Assembly: GCF_009914755.1 (NCBI RefSeq) | Contig: NC_060925.1 | Reading direction: 5' to 3' (one strand) | Length of the DNA stretch: 64,000 nucleotides | Origin: the human T2T-CHM13v2.0 reference genome, Homo sapiens | Part shown: positions 59,681-64,000 of the stretch, piece by piece | How the letters are laid out: each line of letters begins with the position of its first letter | How positions within the stretch are numbered: the first letter of the stretch is position 1 | Program-made: the position numbers and the translations under genes | The notes under the pieces: generated by a model | Database searches by the model: none | What the model was told of the DNA's origin: nothing | Seen by the model: the letters and a program-made list of their open reading frames with translations, nothing else

Positions 59681-60545
59681 TTAGTATCAGAAGAAGTACA
59701 ATTTTATCATTGTCCAAAAGAAGGGAAATCATTTGTGCTGCGTACCTACTATTTGGCAGGTGCTTTACTTCATTATCAACTACCATCAATTTTAAGGAAG
59801 TTATACTAATCCCTATATTACAGAGAATATTGAGGCTCAAGTGGTTGGGTGCCTGTTCCTAGTTACACCACTTGTGAGCTCAAGATTAGGAGGCATCCCC
59901 ATCTTACCACACCACACCTGCTACTCCGCAGTGAGCAGACACTTGCCGGACTGCTTCTTCTGCTCTTAGCAAAGTGGCGCCTGATTAAGCCTTGTGGGAA
60001 AATGAAAATAACCTACCTTCATGTAGTTTAATTTGAAGAAAAATCAAAAGGCACTTTAATCCAAAATCCATGCCTGTGTTTTGTTGGATAAATTACACTC
60101 TCTTCATAATTCAGTTTCCTAATGTGTAAAATACAAAGAATAAGAACCTCAAGTTTTCATTTTGAGTGCTAAAGTAGCTTTAAGAGATAGTGTATGCAAA
60201 AAGATGCCTAGAACCATTCCTAATAAATATTAGGTGCTTAAGAAGTGAATTTGAATAGGAATCATATTCCCTTCATAAGAGGAGAACTGAAATACTACTA
60301 TAAGCAGTTTTTTGACTTAAAATATTGTCAGGGTACTAGATCTCAATTAAAATGTGCATGTGTGTGTGGAAAGGTAACAAAATAAACTGGTTATTTGTGA
60401 GTAGCACCTGCTCACTTTTCAATCTTGATAACTAGCTGAGGGCTGCACAGATATATTCATAAGAGAAAGTAGACACCAGCCTGAAGCTTTATTCTGCAAA
60501 TGAGGGTAATGATGTCAAATTTGTTTTTAAAAAAATGAAAAGATC

Positions 60546-60857
60546 GTCTGGGTGCTGTGGCTCATGCCTATAATCTCAGCACTTTGGGAGGCCGAGGTGG
60601 GCAGATCACCTGAGGTCAGGAGTTCGAGACCAGCCTGGCCAGCATGGTGAAATCCTGTCTCTACTAAAAATACAAAAATTAGCTGGCCATGGTGGTGTGC
60701 ACCTGTAATCCCAGCTACTCAAGAGGCTGAGGCAGGAAAACTACTTGAACTCAGGAGGCAGAGGTTGCAGTGAGCAGAGATGACACCACTGCACTCCAGC
60801 TTGGGTGACAGAGTGAGACTCTGTCTCAAAAAAAAAAAAAAAAAAAAGAAAGAAAAA
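60546..60857 (+). mobile_element. AluSx-like
   Basis: Full dimer with A-tail; TSD GAAAAGAT at 60537-60544 and 60858-60865. Confidence 0.94.
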
Positions 60858-63249
60858 GAAAAGATGGTACAAAAGCTTATTTTCCTAAATCCTTAAACTG
60901 GAAGGAGTTTCCAGAGGTCATTGCCTCGTCTTCAGGAAGTAAATACTGTTGTTTCCTTCAGATGAAACCAAAATAATGAACAGAACACTTTGCCAGTGAG
61001 CAGATCAGAGAAGACCACAAAGCAAGTCTTCTACATCTATCCCTGGCAACGTTAGGAAGGTTCAATGGGCTTTTCCAGCCTCTCTTTTATTCACAAAACT
61101 TTGCCCTGGATCTGGTTCTGGAGCAATCCATCCACCATGGTTGCAAGAACTGGGTAGGGGATGGGGATGGAGGTAAGAATGAAAGGCAGCAGAGCCCTTT
61201 CAATGGTGGTCTAGGCCAGTCTCACTCTCCCTCATTCCCTTTTCTTACTATTTCCTACATTTGACTTGCCCTTCAAAATAAATAAAGTCATCTAAGGATG
61301 ACTCTCTAAAAATTGCATGGGGGACGTGGTATGACATCATCTGATTAAAGAGGCTAATGCATTTAGAGGAGGGAGTCAAAGACATCCGCTGTAGCTGGGT
61401 GTCCTAATGCTCTCTCATTGCTCTGCAACTATGATAACGGCAATAAATTGTTATCAGCATTAGCTTAAACTTGACTTGGTGATGGCTTGAGGAAAATAAA
61501 CTGCCAGCCCATTCTCGAGTACACCGTGGTACCCTTGGCCAATGGATCATTTCCCTCCCTATATAAAACCTCCTCAGTGCAGCTATCTTGTTGCCTCTCC
61601 CTGCTGGAGGAAGGGTGGAAGTGAGTAGAATGGAAACATCTTTTGTAGTAGTCCCCTTGGCCTGTTGAATATTGAGGTATGAGACTGCTTAGCTCTTTCT
61701 CCACCATCTCATTCATAAAAGGAAAAAGAAAGGGTGGAACAGAGGAAAGATTTTCCTGTTACTTTCTTTTGCATTGATCACTGCACACATCATCATCCCA
61801 ATCATTGCAGTGGAGAGTTGGTGGAGACCCAAGTCGGGGACCTGCCTTTGTGAGCGGAAGAATCAGGCATGAGATACAATGTCTAATTTCCAGCCTCCCA
61901 ATTGCCTAGGCAGACCTCATCCTCTGAATTCAGCTCTTCCTAAATGAGAGGGGCAGGGAGGGAGTTCTCCTGCTGGCAGAGTGTTGAAACACGATCCATG
62001 ACATAGGCCTAGGAGGAAGATTTTGCTTGGGAAATGTAAGAGCTTCAGTATTTTGCACACCAAGCTTGTCTTCTAATGACAGCCTTGGGAGCCAGACATT
62101 TCTAAGTGCTAATTAGAGGTGTTGATTATCGTGGTAGCCCTATGGGGGCTCAACCCAAGCCCGAGAGCAAAAGGCACAGATAAAATAAAGATTGTTACAG
62201 TAGCTCCCAGTGTCACATGAACATCAATACTGGATTGTCAATGCTCAGACACAATCCAATCTGGGACTCCAGCTACTGCAATGGAGTCCCAGGGTGATAC
62301 ACGGGGCTGTCACACTATTCACAATATGCAGTTCTGATCAAGTCACAGATACTCCATCCTAATCAATCAGGAAAAACTTACCAGAACTTGGATATAGAGA
62401 TTGACTCACGACAGGATTTCACTAAAACATGATCAAAAGCCATGGAGATGGGACATACAAAGAACCTTGACCTCTCAGTTCTAAAATAAATGAACTGTTT
62501 AAGACACAGTGTGCTGGGTTTCCATTTATGACCTTACGCATGCACATATTTTGACATGCACACACGTGATTTCTCTCATACAGAAGGTACTTGGGTTATT
62601 GATTTACTCTCACTTTACATCCATATCTTTTGACAGTTTATGACTATATTGGAAAGAGAGTGTGAATCAGAAACAGAAGTCTTAAGGATGAATCTTAATT
62701 TGGGAGGCAGGCAGGCAGTGGGTGACAATTGAAGCTCTAGAATCTGAAGAAGCCTGAAGCTTTTGAAACATCACTTTCCTCTTCTGTAAAATGTGTGTTA
62801 AGATCATTGAGGATTAAACAGTAACTGCCAAATTGTTAGCATTGTATCTAGCATTGATGATGATCACATCTCTTAGTGCTTTTCTGTCCCTATATTCCTT
62901 CTTCGAAATAAACAGAAAATAATAAAATTCTACCTTTAGAATGTTCAAGGATGACATGGGAGGATATTATTTATGAATCATTATGAATTTACAAATGATA
63001 GTCATGATTATAATAAACGCAACCTAAGTCATCCTCTGTTTTGAGACTGGATGTCTAGCCCAAGCTTAGATAGGGATCTTTTTCATTGAGCCTTTGACTT
63101 GCTGTGTGACCTTGGGTAAGTGGGAATCTCTTCTATTTTTATTTTAATCTTCAAGCTAATTTAATAAAACTGATCAGAATTCAAATGAAATAACTCATGT
63201 GGAACTTTTTGCCTCCTGTAAAGCACTGTACATGCATCTATCTTACAGT

Positions 63250-63410
63250 GTAGTGCACTTTGGAATCGGGCAGAACCAGATTCAATTCCATTCTTACCAT
63301 TCACTAGTTTCATAACCTACAGTAAGTTACTTATGTTAACCCTGGTTCTAAAATGAGAAAAATAATACCTGCCCCAAAATTCAATGTATAAAATGCTAGC
63401 ACCTTACCTG
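63250..63410 (+). mobile_element. MIR SINE
   Basis: CACTTTGGAATCGGGCAGAACCAGATTCAATTCC...AAGTTACTTA...TAAAATGAGAAAAATAATACCTGCC. Confidence 0.65.
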
Positions 63411-64000
63411 GGCCATGGAATATAATAAATGTCTGTTCTCTCCCACACCTGCTCACTGGGTAATACTGATTAGGATAATGGGGATACCTCTTCCTCTGCA
63501 AAAAGGGAGACAAAGTCAGTTTAAACAAGTATTAATATGACATCTACTCTTGGGTGTGAGGGTGTGCAGTGAGAGGCACATGAAAGTGCAAAAAGGGAGA
63601 AGAAATCACTCTTAACCCTGCAAACAGGCAGCCCAGCTCTGGGCATAGTGCTCTATCCCTGATCTAAATAGACCCAGGGGGAACATGGCAGGGATGGAGA
63701 AGGGCAGAACCATATAGTCATTTTTTTCTGCTGAGATATTCCCTGGCTGCTTAAACCCTCCCTTATCCCCAGAGCTTACATTTCTCAACACCAACAATCC
63801 GTACATTGAAGTCACTTTACTCTGTTGGGAGGCATAAATCTGGCCTCCTCAGAGTCCACTGAAGAAAATTGCTAGCAACTTCTCAGACACAAAGGAGAAA
63901 ATCAAGGTTGACTGCAAAATTCTTCTAGTTGCTTTGAGAAAGTCATCCTACTTGAACTCAATGGAAAGCATTCTTCAAGGTATGCTCCTACAGAACGCTA

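Noticed and set aside
61152-61173. G-rich run GGGTAGGGGATGGGGATGGAGG as a G-quadruplex
   Set aside because: Only three G3+ tracts, so non-canonical, with no supporting context.

Overview
This is primate genomic DNA, very probably human or great ape (AluY, L1PA2/3-type and THE1 elements), with no recognisable cellular protein-coding exon, rRNA, tRNA or CRISPR array. The window has two compartments. Positions 1-~21.7 kb are almost wall-to-wall nested transposon fossils: a minus-strand ERV-L/MLT2 provirus end, MER44, several L1 layers including a near full-length old L1MC-type element, an MST LTR, an AluY, and a young 5'-inverted (twin-primed) L1PA. Positions ~21.8-64 kb hold scattered MIR/L2/L3/MER/Alu/LTR copies among long unique stretches. 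These include an orphan CpG island (~49.03-49.43 kb) next to a dense cluster of developmental TF motifs (4x TGACAG, octamers, HOX/CDX). The most unusual sequence-level signals are: a perfect 38-bp-arm hairpin inside an ancient L1 ORF1; two more fold-back palindromes; an inverted Alu pair cut at the same consensus position around a unique 190-bp insert; a 17-nt NFI/GATA-like array bracketed by inverted repeats; and a three-hairpin cluster. Repeat subfamily names come from recalled consensus sequences, not a database run, and boundaries without TSDs are approximate. I could not identify the locus and found no evidence of a new protein-coding system.
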